Below are positions 51,498-62,268 of a DNA stretch of 64,000 bases, piece by piece (positions within the stretch are counted from its first letter, which is position 1; the number at the start of each line of letters is the position of its first letter). The notes beneath the pieces are model-generated. The model was not told where the DNA came from. It ran no database searches and was given only the letters and a program-made list of their open reading frames with translations. The DNA is taken from assembly GCA_965200155.1 (NCBI GenBank), contig CBDATR010000010.1, positions 288,001 through 352,000 of the forward strand, given 5' to 3'. The position numbers and the translations under genes were made by a program. Source of the DNA: Nitrosopumilaceae archaeon (GTDB taxonomy: Archaea; Thermoproteota; Nitrososphaeria; Nitrososphaerales; Nitrosopumilaceae).

Positions 51498-53237
51498 TTA
51501 TTCTGAGTCAGTACCTGTCTCGCTAACACTGTCTGGTATGAGATCTCCTGTTCCATGCTTGTCCACCACTTTCTGACGTTGTCCATCCAACTGGTTTATC
51601 TCCGCTTGTTCTTTTTTGTCGTCGCTGTTGTAAATGGTCCTGATAGGCCAGGGTATGCGTATATCATATTTTTGGAACTCCTCGTATATCATAACCCTAA
51701 TGTTGGTTTCTACCACAAACTGGGATCCATAGTCCCGTACGTAGACCCATAAAGAAAAATTCAGCGATGAGTCGGCAAAGTCTTGGAAGCGCACAACCGG
51801 TTGGGCCACATCTACATGCAGGTCCTTGTCACATCCACAGCTAGCCTTGTTCTCGTCCAAATACGGACAACGCGGCTGCCGTATGAGGTGCCTCTGGCTA
51901 GAATCCACAATCTCTTTCATGGCACGCTTCCCCACCATTTGTAAGATGGATGCAACTTGGCGTGGATTGTTAAGATATGATACTCCCACTTTTACTTCTG
52001 CCGGTACAAGCCTGTTCTCCTTGGTGTAGTTTATGATCTGGGCATTTACTAATTGCAGGGTGGGTATTACAGCCACAGACTCGTATAATGCATCCATTAC
52101 GTATGTTACCCGGGGGGTTATTTTGTACACATTTCCAATATATCCGCTCTCCAGACGAACCCGATCCCCCTCTATAAACACCCTATCTTTGCGTATCACG
52201 ATATATGCAAAGTAATTCTGCATAGTATCCTGTAGCGCCAAACCCAAACCGATGGAAAATCCTCCCGTGGCCGTGGCCAGAACAAACAAGTCTATGCCCC
52301 ACCATGCGGCCACCCCCAGTACGGTGGCGATAAAAATGCCTATTGGGAGTATCTGTCTTACCGATAGTGGTGTCTCCTTGCGTTTTTTTAGGGCATATCC
52401 TGGCGGCCTGTTGCCTGGCATTACCGGTTCATACCCGTGTGTTCTCTTCTCATTCCTCCATATGTCTATGGGAAATATTTCTGCCGGACGCGCATCAGGT
52501 CTTAATTTAAGCCCGGACTGGTTGTTTCCGGAAACACAATCCTTGTAATATTTTGCATATTTCTTGCGCTCTGACTCCTTCCATGTCTCATATGGATCTT
52601 CAACTAGGGCCTCATAACCGCCTATGGGATTTCCCTTAGACGTACGGTATCTCTCCAGACGCTCTCTTCCCTCTTTGGTCTCTAACAGGTCCTGAAACAT
52701 TTTTTCTCCCATATCTACAGGCGCCTTATGGGGAGGGACCCATCGATATAATTTATGAAATAGATCACCCTCGTCATCCACAAATCCTCTCAGCCCAAAC
52801 CAGGCGTTAAAATCACTTTCTTCTAATTCTGATTTCTCCCGTTTGTTCATTATTATGGGAATGAGATGAGCTACGGTATAACCAACCACTAACACATTAA
52901 ACGTGTCCAGTATCTTGGCGAACGTATCCTTTATGGAGAGACCGTGTACCCCCTCTGGAAATGTGTATATCTGTATATATAGATTTATAGAAGTAATCAA
53001 AGCAATTGCGAATAGCGGCAGGGCAGCCCGTCGCAAGAAGCGAGAGACGTGGGGCCTTCTGTAATACAACTCCCTGGAAGTTATCCAGAACGAGAATCTT
53101 CTATACGCCACGGTGATGCCTATCATACCTACAATCAAAATTACAAAGGCGATCTGTATTGATGTGGATGATACTATGAGGTCCCAAACATTTTCAAACT
53201 CAGTGACAGATAACTGGGCAATCTCTTCCTCAACCAT
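51498..53237 (-). CDS. mscS: MscS-family mechanosensitive channel
   Basis: GLGLALQDTMQNYFA, GDRV, VGVSY, FADSSLNF, IRIPWP. Confidence 0.88.
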   Translation of the reverse strand: MVEEEIAQLSVTEFENVWDLIVSSTSIQIAFVILIVGMIGITVAYRRFSFWITSRELYYRRPHVSRFLRRAALPLFAIALITSINLYIQIYTFPEGVHGLSIKDTFAKILDTFNVLVVGYTVAHLIPIIMNKREKSELEESDFNAWFGLRGFVDDEGDLFHKLYRWVPPHKAPVDMGEKMFQDLLETKEGRERLERYRTSKGNPIGGYEALVEDPYETWKESERKKYAKYYKDCVSGNNQSGLKLRPDARPAEIFPIDIWRNEKRTHGYEPVMPGNRPPGYALKKRKETPLSVRQILPIGIFIATVLGVAAWWGIDLFVLATATGGFSIGLGLALQDTMQNYFAYIVIRKDRVFIEGDRVRLESGYIGNVYKITPRVTYVMDALYESVAVIPTLQLVNAQIINYTKENRLVPAEVKVGVSYLNNPRQVASILQMVGKRAMKEIVDSSQRHLIRQPRCPYLDENKASCGCDKDLHVDVAQPVVRFQDFADSSLNFSLWVYVRDYGSQFVVETNIRVMIYEEFQKYDIRIPWPIRTIYNSDDKKEQAEINQLDGQRQKVVDKHGTGDLIPDSVSETGTDSE

Positions 53238-53615
53238 GATCTTGTGGTGGCAATGTTGAATACAAAAGTTTGGTCTATCCGTAAAAACAAACATGTTTTC
53301 GAAATTTGTTTATTCGCAAACATACTGTGTGATTAAACAAACCAATGCGAGAATTTACTGGTAGCCATTCCGGCAATCCATGTCGAGACAGCGTTCATGT
53401 CATAACATACATGTCTGATTGATCGGCAGGCTTGAGCAAGACTCCCAGAACACGCGGATACCGGAATTGCCTCATACCGATACAAGTCATATTGCCCCAG
53501 TTTGGCGCAGCAACAGGATCCCTGTGATTCTGGTCGTTGTCTGGTGTATGTGGGCAGCCGATATCATAGGTGTGGCTATTGTCTCTGCATGGCGAGACTT
53601 GAATAACTATCATAC

Positions 53616-54992
53616 GTGACATTTAATAATGATTCTTGGTTTACTGATATAGTGACCTATCAGACTACTGTGTGGACGGATTCTCCAAACATAAGCTCAT
53701 ACACCTTGGCTAACTTTCGTAGCATACCGCAGATTGCCGCATTGCCCGAAGAGAAACAGTTTGAGATGGAGGTGGTAGGTAACGTATTACCATTTAAGGC
53801 CAACAACTATGTAGTTGAGCAGCTCATAGACTGGGATAATATGTACCAAGATCCCATGTTTGTCCTTACGTTTCCGCAAAAGGGTATGTTAAAGCCGGGT
53901 CACTTTGAACAAATGGCATCCACGCTCCGGCAAGGGGCAAGCAGAAAGGAAGTGTCTGAGGTGTCTAATGAAATTAGGCTACAACTAAACCCCCATCCTG
54001 CAGGCCAGATGGAGCTTAACGTACCGCAATTGAAGGATGGTACGCGGTTATACGGCATGCAGCACAAATACAAGGAGACATGCCTATTCTTCCCCAGCCA
54101 AAGTCAGACCTGTCATGCGTATTGCAGCTTTTGCTTCCGTTGGCCACAGTTTGTAGGTATGGGTGACATGAAATTTGCCATGAAAGAGGTGGAGCAGGTC
54201 ATACAATATGTTAGGGAACACTCTGAGATATCTGACATACTATTCACCGGTGGGGACCCCATGATCATGAAGTCCTCCATATTTGCTGCGTATATAGATG
54301 CCATACTTGATGCAGCCCTTCCAAACCTGAGGACTATCCGGATAGGAACCAAGGCGTTGTCTTACTGGCCATACAAATTCCTCACGGATCCAGATGCGGA
54401 TATTCTCCTGAACACCTTTGAGAAGATCACTGCCCGGGGACTGCATTTGGCCATGATGGCACACTTTAACCACCCACGGGAAATGGAGACAACTGCCTTG
54501 GCTAGAGCTGTTAAGGCCGTGCGTCGTACTGGGGCCCAGATACGAACTCAATCGCCCCTGCTGGCACATATCAACGATGATGGGGATCTCTGGGCTGGAA
54601 TGTGGCGGAACCAAGTTCGTATGGGTTGTATTCCATACTACATGTTTGTGGTACGAGACACAGGCGCTCAACACTTTTTCGGAGTTCCGTTGGTACGCGC
54701 CTATGGCATATTTCGTCATGCATACCAGCAAGTTAGTGGCTTGGGGAGGACAGTACGTGGCCCTAGTATGTCTGCTACTCCGGGTAAAGTACAGATTGAC
54801 GGCACTCCTACAATAAATGGCCAAAAGGTGCTACAGCTTAGATTTTTGCAGGGGCGCAATCCTGACTGGGTACAGAGACCCTTCTTTGCCAAATACGATG
54901 AGAATGCAATATGGCTTGACGATCTAACACCCGCGTTTGATGATTCCTTCTTCTTTGAGGATGAAATGTCTAGGCTAAAAAAATCAAGCTAG
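53616..54992 (+). CDS. KamA-family radical SAM protein (lysine 2,3-aminomutase-like)
   Basis: HKY, CHAYCSFCFR, LFTGGDP, HFNHPRE, PYYMF. Confidence 0.88.
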   Translation: MTFNNDSWFTDIVTYQTTVWTDSPNISSYTLANFRSIPQIAALPEEKQFEMEVVGNVLPFKANNYVVEQLIDWDNMYQDPMFVLTFPQKGMLKPGHFEQMASTLRQGASRKEVSEVSNEIRLQLNPHPAGQMELNVPQLKDGTRLYGMQHKYKETCLFFPSQSQTCHAYCSFCFRWPQFVGMGDMKFAMKEVEQVIQYVREHSEISDILFTGGDPMIMKSSIFAAYIDAILDAALPNLRTIRIGTKALSYWPYKFLTDPDADILLNTFEKITARGLHLAMMAHFNHPREMETTALARAVKAVRRTGAQIRTQSPLLAHINDDGDLWAGMWRNQVRMGCIPYYMFVVRDTGAQHFFGVPLVRAYGIFRHAYQQVSGLGRTVRGPSMSATPGKVQIDGTPTINGQKVLQLRFLQGRNPDWVQRPFFAKYDENAIWLDDLTPAFDDSFFFEDEMSRLKKSS

Positions 54993-55136
54993 GCTTCCGG
55001 TTTTCCGAATATCTGTACAGATTTTTAAAGTATATCTCATCATTATACTCGCTGGGATAATGGTAGAAATCCACGCTCCCCTTTCTACATGACTCACGTA
55101 TGCTTTCTAGTACGAGATAGTAAATTACATCCTCTA

Positions 55137-55308
55137 GTGGTGATCGTTTAGGTCACTCTTTCACATACGACGCCAAGGTGGAGGCTAACTCCTGTTATTT
55201 CACTAGCATAGCATGGCGACACGGTATAGGGCTGGCGGTGGCTATTCCCTACCTGATTTTGTACCAGAAAAACACGCCTTAATTCGGAGCGACCTAAACG
55301 GTTACTAC
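55137..55308. mobile_element. Second-family MITE (~170 bp)
   Basis: 22-bp imperfect TIR gtggtgatcgtttaggtcactc / gagcgacctaaacggttactac. Confidence 0.7.
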
Positions 55309-55348
55309 ACTATGCCTATGATTTAATAGCGCCATCGGATAATTCATA

Positions 55349-55558
55349 ATGATGCGAGACAGGAAGGCGAGGGTAAAGCTTCTTGTGCTACTGGGAATAA
55401 TCTGGATTGTAGTCACGTTGCCTCTTCCTTGGGTGGTGGGAAATCCGGATGTACCTGAGACACAATTGTATAACATATTGGGCATAATAGGAATAATATC
55501 GGTCCCGTTCGTAATGCTTGCGGCAGTTTGGACCCTTAAGCCAGAGCTGACCACATAA
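55349..55558 (+). CDS. Small two-TM membrane protein
   Basis: Two hydrophobic helices; stop overlaps the next start codon. Confidence 0.7.
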   Translation: MMRDRKARVKLLVLLGIIWIVVTLPLPWVVGNPDVPETQLYNILGIIGIISVPFVMLAAVWTLKPELTT

Positions 55559-56379
55559 TGTCCGCTCCTACAATAGAAGTAGGATCGTACATGGAGACTG
55601 CCATAAAATCTGCCCGAGAGGGAGGACAAGCTATAATGGACTTGTATGACTCGGATTTAAAATATACAAGTAAAAGTGACAGTTCTCCAGTAACAAACGC
55701 TGACTTGGCCAGCAATAGTGTCATAAAGAAGGTCTTGGCAAGGACAAACATACCCGTACTCTCTGAGGAGGATGCAGACTCCGACACGCGCTTGGGCTCA
55801 GATATCATATGGGTAGTGGATCCGCTGGACGGAACACTGGATTTTCTTGAGCATACAGGTGAATTCACAGTGATGGTGGCTCTGGTACAAAACACCCGAC
55901 CAACCCTTGGCGTCATATACTGGCCGGATAATGATATACTATATGCCGCTTGGACGGGTGGTGGTGCATGGCGCCACGATAGATCCGGATGGGGCAAGAT
56001 TGGAGTGAAGAAGACCGCATCTTTACCATACTGCACTTTGGTGACCTCAAGACACCACATTACCGAGTCTGAGGAGAAATTCATTAACTCGTTGGGCTTT
56101 GGGGATAGGCGGACTCTTGGAAGTTCTTTAAAAGTTGTTGATATCTGCTCCGCCCAAGCTGATGCCTACTTTACTTTTACTGATAAAATGAAAGAGTGGG
56201 ATACCGCGGCATCATGCTGCATACTGCATGAAGCCGGTGGGAAAATGACCGATATGAATGGCAATCCCTTATTCTATAATGATGCTGATGTATTTCATCG
56301 CAATGGCATACTGGCTACCAATGGGGTAGTACATGATCACATTTTGCGCAGATATCGGGAATTACAGCAGGCTTCGTGA
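55558..56379 (+). CDS. cysQ: 3'(2'),5'-bisphosphate nucleotidase / inositol monophosphatase family
   Basis: SPVTNAD, LSEE, WVVDPLDGT, GSSLK, EWDTAA; adjacent to cysC. Confidence 0.85.
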   Translation: MSAPTIEVGSYMETAIKSAREGGQAIMDLYDSDLKYTSKSDSSPVTNADLASNSVIKKVLARTNIPVLSEEDADSDTRLGSDIIWVVDPLDGTLDFLEHTGEFTVMVALVQNTRPTLGVIYWPDNDILYAAWTGGGAWRHDRSGWGKIGVKKTASLPYCTLVTSRHHITESEEKFINSLGFGDRRTLGSSLKVVDICSAQADAYFTFTDKMKEWDTAASCCILHEAGGKMTDMNGNPLFYNDADVFHRNGILATNGVVHDHILRRYRELQQAS

Positions 56380-56877
56380 TCTCAGAAAGTCCATTACTTG
56401 ACCTGAGCTCTCCTCTAGCGTGTCTGTCTCTGTATCCAGGGTTATGTCTGGATTGTCCGGGGCCTCATATGGGTCATCTATGCCAGTAAAGCCCTTTATT
56501 TCGCCCCTGCGCGCTTTTGCGTACATTCCCTTGACATCCCTCTCTTCACATTTGGCCAAGGAACATCGTACGTAGCACTCCGCGAACTGTTCTCCAGCGT
56601 CTACCACACTACGGGCATCACTACGATTGTCTTTGTATGGTGATACAAGAGACACTACTGAAGGCACGCCGTGTTTCAGGAGAAGTTTGGCCAAATATGC
56701 GACGCGATGGTTGTGTTCATCGCGGCCTGCCTTGGAAAAGTCCTTGGGGGAGAACCATTCCCGCAATTCATCGCCGTCCAGCATGGCCAGATTTGGTATA
56801 TCCTTTTGTAGACGTCTCACAATGGTACTCTTTCCAGAACAGGGCAATCCTGTCATCCATAACACGAAAGGTTTCAC
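56362..56877 (-). CDS. cysC: Adenylyl-sulfate kinase
   Basis: WMTGLPCSGKST, LDGD, RDVKGMY, FTGIDDPYEAP. Confidence 0.95.
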   Translation of the reverse strand: MKPFVLWMTGLPCSGKSTIVRRLQKDIPNLAMLDGDELREWFSPKDFSKAGRDEHNHRVAYLAKLLLKHGVPSVVSLVSPYKDNRSDARSVVDAGEQFAECYVRCSLAKCEERDVKGMYAKARRGEIKGFTGIDDPYEAPDNPDITLDTETDTLEESSGQVMDFLRSRSLL

Positions 56878-56901
56878 AACAAGTCACAAGCATACGGCTT
56901 T

Positions 56902-57486
56902 TTATTCCTTGAGCCACTTACAACCTTCCAGATACGACAAGTCCTGTAGCATATCATTGAGTCGCGCTATGTCTACTCCTGACTCGTAAAAGTGCTCATA
57001 CATCTCCCGTTCTTCCTCCACGGTAAGCACAGACTCCTCTACAGTGTCGAAGAATTTTTCCTCCTTCTCCATATGGTCTTTTAGGTATATGGCATAGGTT
57101 CTAAGAAATCGTCCTATTGGCTCTCTGCTGTTGTGTCCTCTCTTCCACTGTTCCAGATATTTTGATATATTTGCAGATATGCGTCGTGAAAATTCATGCT
57201 CGATAAGGAGCTTGCGAATGTCCTTGTCATGTTCTCCATATCCCGCTACACAGGGAAAGTATGCATTCTCTTCTACTGCATAATGTACCGTATACAGAAA
57301 TCCGTCCATTATGCGGGTCATGCGCTCGATGTCCTCTAGTGGTATTTCATACCCATCTGCCAGTCTTTCTTGGCAGACCCAGACAATCTTTTCAAGACGC
57401 CGCAGGTGGCGGTGATCCTCCCGAAGGGCATTGGTAGCGCGCATGTTGACTGTCATACGATGAACTCCATAAGTATTTGCATACAC
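56902..57486 (-). CDS. Hemerythrin-domain protein
   Basis: EDH, HYAVEE..YFP, EHE, HMEKEE; start uncertain. Confidence 0.82.
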   Translation of the reverse strand: MYANTYGVHRMTVNMRATNALREDHRHLRRLEKIVWVCQERLADGYEIPLEDIERMTRIMDGFLYTVHYAVEENAYFPCVAGYGEHDKDIRKLLIEHEFSRRISANISKYLEQWKRGHNSREPIGRFLRTYAIYLKDHMEKEEKFFDTVEESVLTVEEEREMYEHFYESGVDIARLNDMLQDLSYLEGCKWLKE

Positions 57487-57685
57487 AAATCTTGTTTAAG
57501 CATACTAAAATTAGGTCGCACTAAGATATGACGATCATAGAACAAGTTTACGTCTTAATTAGCACACAAATCGTAACGCTGGTACTATCTGTCGTGCGTA
57601 AATTTAGACAATGGCTAACACAAATCGAGTAATGACATGTTGGCGTGCAGATTATGATATCTATCTTTCTGGTTACTGGAGCAGT

Positions 57686-57796
57686 ATTGCTGCCCCCATC
57701 TATTCGGGATGCGACATGTGGGTTGTTTTTGGCCTGCGCGGCTCTCTTTGGGCTGGCGGATTGCTGCCCCCATCTATTCGGGATGCGACATGTGGG
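57686..57796. repeat. 37-bp direct repeat flanking a 37-bp insert (unit 6)
   Basis: attgctgcccccatctattcgggatgcgacatgtggg is identical at 57686-57722 and 57760-57796. Confidence 0.92.
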
Positions 57797-58140
57797 AGAG
57801 TCATTGTACAGCTCAGGGCCATGACATAACTCATAACTCCTGCGATCATAGTGCCATCGCAAGTCTCTGAGCAACAGTTCCTACATTTGTCCCACACAAT
57901 CACTACCTTACGTGTTATCGACTTGTGGAGTACGCTATCCACTATGGACCAAAATGTAAATGGCTCCAGTCTGTGCCAAGCACACATGGCGGTCGTTACA
58001 ATAAAGATAACTTGGAGAAAGCGCGGGTTGAATACGGCGGACTCACTTTTTCATGATCGCGTCCTAAACAGTTACTCATTCCGTCTGAGCATGAGCGCGT
58101 ATCAAATCCTTTTTTATACCCATACACACATCACTAATCG

Positions 58141-58434
58141 TTGGCAAATTCGGAGTATTTGATAACAAAAGCAGAGTATGGTCCAGGCCGACAGCTTCGC
58201 TCTGTCGTACGAAACAAGATCACAGAGCAAGGAGTACTGGAGGGAGAGATCATAGACAAAATGACTCTGGTCTCTGATATCAAGCGCGGGGCCGTATACA
58301 CAACCGCATATGACAACACTACTAGCTGGATAAAGTCCAGCAGTGTACGTACGTACAAACTAAATGCACAACCTTACGTAAGAATAGATGGAAATAACGT
58401 AGAGTTTGATAATTTAGGTGACCTGTCATGGTAG
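58141..58434 (+). CDS. DUF3892-like small protein
   Basis: C-terminal YVRIDGN...DNLGDL pattern; overlaps the next start. Confidence 0.6.
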   Translation: MANSEYLITKAEYGPGRQLRSVVRNKITEQGVLEGEIIDKMTLVSDIKRGAVYTTAYDNTTSWIKSSSVRTYKLNAQPYVRIDGNNVEFDNLGDLSW

Positions 58435-61400
58435 CTGGTGATGACAAGGAGACCTCTGGTGGCTTTAGCTCTTTTTTAAGTAGGTTTAGGCGTAGGAAAG
58501 AGAGCCCTGATACCTCTACTGATACGGATTCGACAAAAAATAATTCGGCCGATGTGGAAGATCCTGTAGATTCCTTGACCAATGAGCCTGAGTCCCCCTC
58601 CGAGCCTGAGTCCCCCTCCGAGCCTGAGTCCCCCTCCGAGCCTGAGTCCCCCTCCGAGCCTGAGTCCCCCTCCGAGCCTGAGTCCCCCTCCGAGCCTGAG
58701 TCCCCCTCCGAGCCTGAGTCCCCCTCCGAGCCTGAGTCCCCCTCCGAGCCTGAGTCCCCCTCCGAGCCTGAGTCCCCCTCCGAGCCTGAGTCCCCCTCCG
58801 AGCCTGAGTCCCCCTCCGAGCCTGAGTCCCCCTCCGAGCCTGAGTCCCCCTCCGAGCCTGAGTCCCCCTCCGAGCCTGAGTCCCCCTCCGAGCCTGAGTC
58901 CCCCTCCGAGCCTGAGTCCCCCTCCGAGCCTGAGTCCCCCTCCGAGCCTGAGTCCCCCTCCGAGCCTGAGTCCCCCTCCGAGCCTGAGTCCCCCTCCGAG
59001 CCTGAGTCCCCCTCCGAGCCTGAGTCCCCCTCCGAGCCTGAGTCCCCCTCCGAGCCTGAGTCCCCCTCCGAGCCTGAGTCCCCCTCCGAGCCTGAGTCCC
59101 CCTCCGAGCCTGAGTCCCCCTCCGAGCCTGAGTCCCCCTCCGAGCCTGAGTCCCCCTCCGAGCCTGAGTCCCCCTCCGAGCCTGAGTCCCCCTCCGAGCC
59201 TGAGTCCCCCTCCGAGCCTGAGTCCCCCTCCGAGCCTGAGTCCCCCTCCGAGCCTGAGTCCCCCTCCGAGCCTGAGTCCCCCTCCGAGCCTGAGTCCCCC
59301 TCCGAGCCTGAGTCCCCCTCCGAGCCTGAGTCCCCCTCCGAGCCTGAGTCCCCCTCCGAGCCTGAGTCCCCCTCCGAGCCTGAGTCCCCCTCCGAGCCTG
59401 AGTCCCCCTCCGAGCCTGAGTCCCCCTCCGAGCCTGAGTCCCCCTCCGAGCCTGAGTCCCCCTCCGAGCCTGAGTCCCCCTCCGAGCCTGAGTCCCCCTC
59501 CGAGCCTGAGTCCCCCTCCGAGCCTGAGTCCCCCTCCGAGCCTGAGTCCCCCTCCGAGCCTGATGTAAAGCCTGAGCCAGCCAAAAAGTCACCCCGAGGC
59601 ACTCTGCCAAAGGGTATGGAAGCACCAAAGCCTGAGCCTGATGTAAAGCCTGAGCCAGCCAAAAAGTCACCCCGAGGCACTCTGCCAAAGGGTATGGAAG
59701 CACCAAAGCCTGAGCCTGATGTAAAGCCTGAGCCAGCCAAAAAGTCACCCCGAGGCACTCTGCCAAAGGGTATGGAAGCACCAAAGCCTGAGCCTGATGT
59801 AAAGCCTGAGCCAGCCAAAAAGTCACCCCGAGCACTCTGCCAAAGGGTATGGAAGCACCAAAGCCTGAGCCTGAAAGCCTGAGCCAGCCAAAAAGTCACC
59901 CCGAGGCACTCTGCCAAAGGGTATGGAAGCACCAAAGCCTGAGCCTGATGTAAAGCCTGAGCCAGCCAAAAAGTCACCCCGAGGCACTCTGCCAAAGGGT
60001 ATGGAAGCACCAAAGCCTGAGCCTGATGTAAAGCCTGAGCCAGCCAAAAAGTCACCCCGAGGCACTCTGCCAAAGGGTATGGAAGCACCAAAGCCTGAGC
60101 CTGATGTAAAGCCTGAGCCAGCCAAAAAGTCACCCCGAGGCACTCTGCCAAAGGGTATGGAAGCACCAAAGCCTGAGCCTGATGTAAAGCCTGAGCCAGC
60201 CAAAAAGTCACCCCGAGGCACTCTGCCAAAGGGTATGGAAGCACCAAAGCCTGAGCCTGATGTAAAGCCTGAGCCAGCCAAAAAGTCACCCCGAGGCACT
60301 CTGCCAAAGGGTATGGAAGCACCAAAGCCTGAGCCTGATGTAAAGCCTGAGCCAGCCAAAAAGTCACCCCGAGGCACTCTGCCAAAGGGTATGGAAGCAC
60401 CAAAGCCTGATCCAAAACCTGATCCCGCCCAGGCTCAGCGCATAACCGAGCTAGAGGCCAAGATCAACCAGGTTCCATCACTGCTTGCCGGACTGGAAGA
60501 CATGATTGCCAAGCTACAATCCGTACCCGAGCCCAAGCCAAAACCTGATCCCGCCCAGGCTCAGCGCATAACCGAGCTAGAGGCCAAGATCAACCAGGTT
60601 CCATCACTGCTTGCCGGACTGGAAGACATGATTGCCAAGCTACAATCCGTACCCGAGCCCAAGCCAAAACCTGATCCCGCCCAGGCTCAGCGCATAACCG
60701 AGCTAGAGGCCAAGATCAACCAGGTTCCATCACTGCTTGCCGGACTGGAAGACATGATTGCCAAGCTACAATCCGTACCCGAGCCCAAGCCAAAACCTGA
60801 TCCCGCCCAGGCTCAGCGCATAACCGAGCTAGAGGCCAAGATCAACCAGGTTCCATCACTGCTTGCCGGACTGGAAGACATGATTGCCAAGCTACAATCC
60901 GTACCCGAGCCCAAGCCAAAACCTGATCCCGCCCAGGCTCAGCGCATAACCGAGCTAGAGGCCAAGATATCCCACGTAGTGCTGGACACCACTCATCTAG
61001 AGACCAAGATATCCCAGCTGGAATCTATTCCGGAGTCTCAACCAAAACCTGATCCCGCCCAGGCTCAGCGCATAACCGAGCTAGAGGCAAAAATAATCAA
61101 GATGCCTCTAAGTATATCTCATCTAGAGACCAAGATATCCCAGCTGGAATCTATTCCGGAGTCTCAACCAAAACCTGATCCCGCCCAGGCTCAGCGCATA
61201 ACCGAGCTAGAGGCCAAGATCAACCAGGTTCCATCACTGCTTGCCGGACTGGAAGACATGATTGCCAAGCTACAATCCGTACCCGAGCCCAAGCCAAAAC
61301 CTGATCCCGCCCAGGCTCAGCGCATAACCGAGCTAGAGGCCAAGATCAACCAGGTTCCATCACTGCTTGCCGGACTGGAAGACATGATTGCCAAGCTACA

Positions 61401-62172
61401 ATCCGTACCCGAGCCCAAGCCAAAACCTGATCCCGCCCAGGCTCAGCGCATAACCGAGCTAGAGGCCAAGATCAACCAGGTTCCATCACTGCTTGCCGGA
61501 CTGGAAGACATGATTGCCAAGCTACAATCCGTACCCGAGCCCAAGCCAAAACCTGATCCCGCCCAGGCTCAGCGCATAACCGAGCTAGAGGCCAAGATCA
61601 ACCAGGTTCCATCACTGCTTGCCGGACTGGAAGACATGATTGCCAAGCTACAATCCGTACCCGAGCCCAAGCCAAAACCTGATCCCGCCCAGGCTCAGCG
61701 CATAACCGAGCTAGAGGCCAAGATCAACCAGGTTCCATCACTGCTTGCCGGACTGGAAGACATGATTGCCAAGCTACAATCCGTACCCGAGCCCAAGCCA
61801 AAACCTGATCCCGCCCAGGCTCAGCGCATAACCGAGCTAGAGGCCAAGATCAACCAGGTTCCATCACTGCTTGCCGGACTGGAAGACATGATTGCCAAGC
61901 TACAATCCGTACCCGAGCCCAAGCCAAAACCTGATCCCGCCCAGGCTCAGCGCATAACCGAGCTAGAGGCCAAGATCAACCAGGTTCCATCACTGCTTGC
62001 CGGACTGGAAGACATGATTGCCAAGCTACAATCCGTACCCGAGCCCAAGCCAAAACCTGATCCCGCCCAGGCTCAGCGCATAACCGAGCTAGAAGACATG
62101 CTGGCAAAACTGACATCTCTAACCAAGCAAAACGCGCCTGCCAAGCATCGCTCTAGACGAAAGAAACAATGA
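58428..62172 (+). CDS. Large tandem-repeat protein, split by indels at ~59831 and ~59873
   Basis: ORFs 58428-59882 and 59923-62172 share the same 26-aa repeat; 1-bp and 4-bp deletions relative to the repeat consensus. Confidence 0.7.
58584..59555 (+). repeat. 18-bp tandem repeat, 54 copies (EPESPS)
   Basis: gagcctgagtccccctcc; 972 bp, no variants seen. Confidence 0.95.
59556..60408 (+). repeat. 78-bp tandem repeat, 11 copies
   Basis: 853 bp = 11x78 - 5. Confidence 0.93.
60412..62091 (+). repeat. 126-bp tandem repeat, 13 full copies plus a partial (42-aa helix plus Pro linker)
   Basis: DPAQAQRITELE every 126 bp from 60421 to 62059; units 5-6 are diverged. Confidence 0.93.
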
Positions 62173-62176
62173 TGTT

Positions 62177-62268
62177 GTATGAGTTCACCTGTGTCTAAAT
62201 TTACGCACAACTGATCGCGACAGTTAATGTGATTTGTGCACAAGATTCCGGAAGACGTGAACTCATAC
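62177..62268 (-). mobile_element. 92-bp MITE
   Basis: TSD atgatgtt, which includes the upstream stop codon. Confidence 0.95.

Noticed and set aside
58322-60415. Long antisense and alternative-frame ORFs (GSEGDS, QARRGT, SLSPPP repeats)
   Set aside because: Shadows of stop-free tandem repeats; only the EPESPS frame connects to plausible unique termini.
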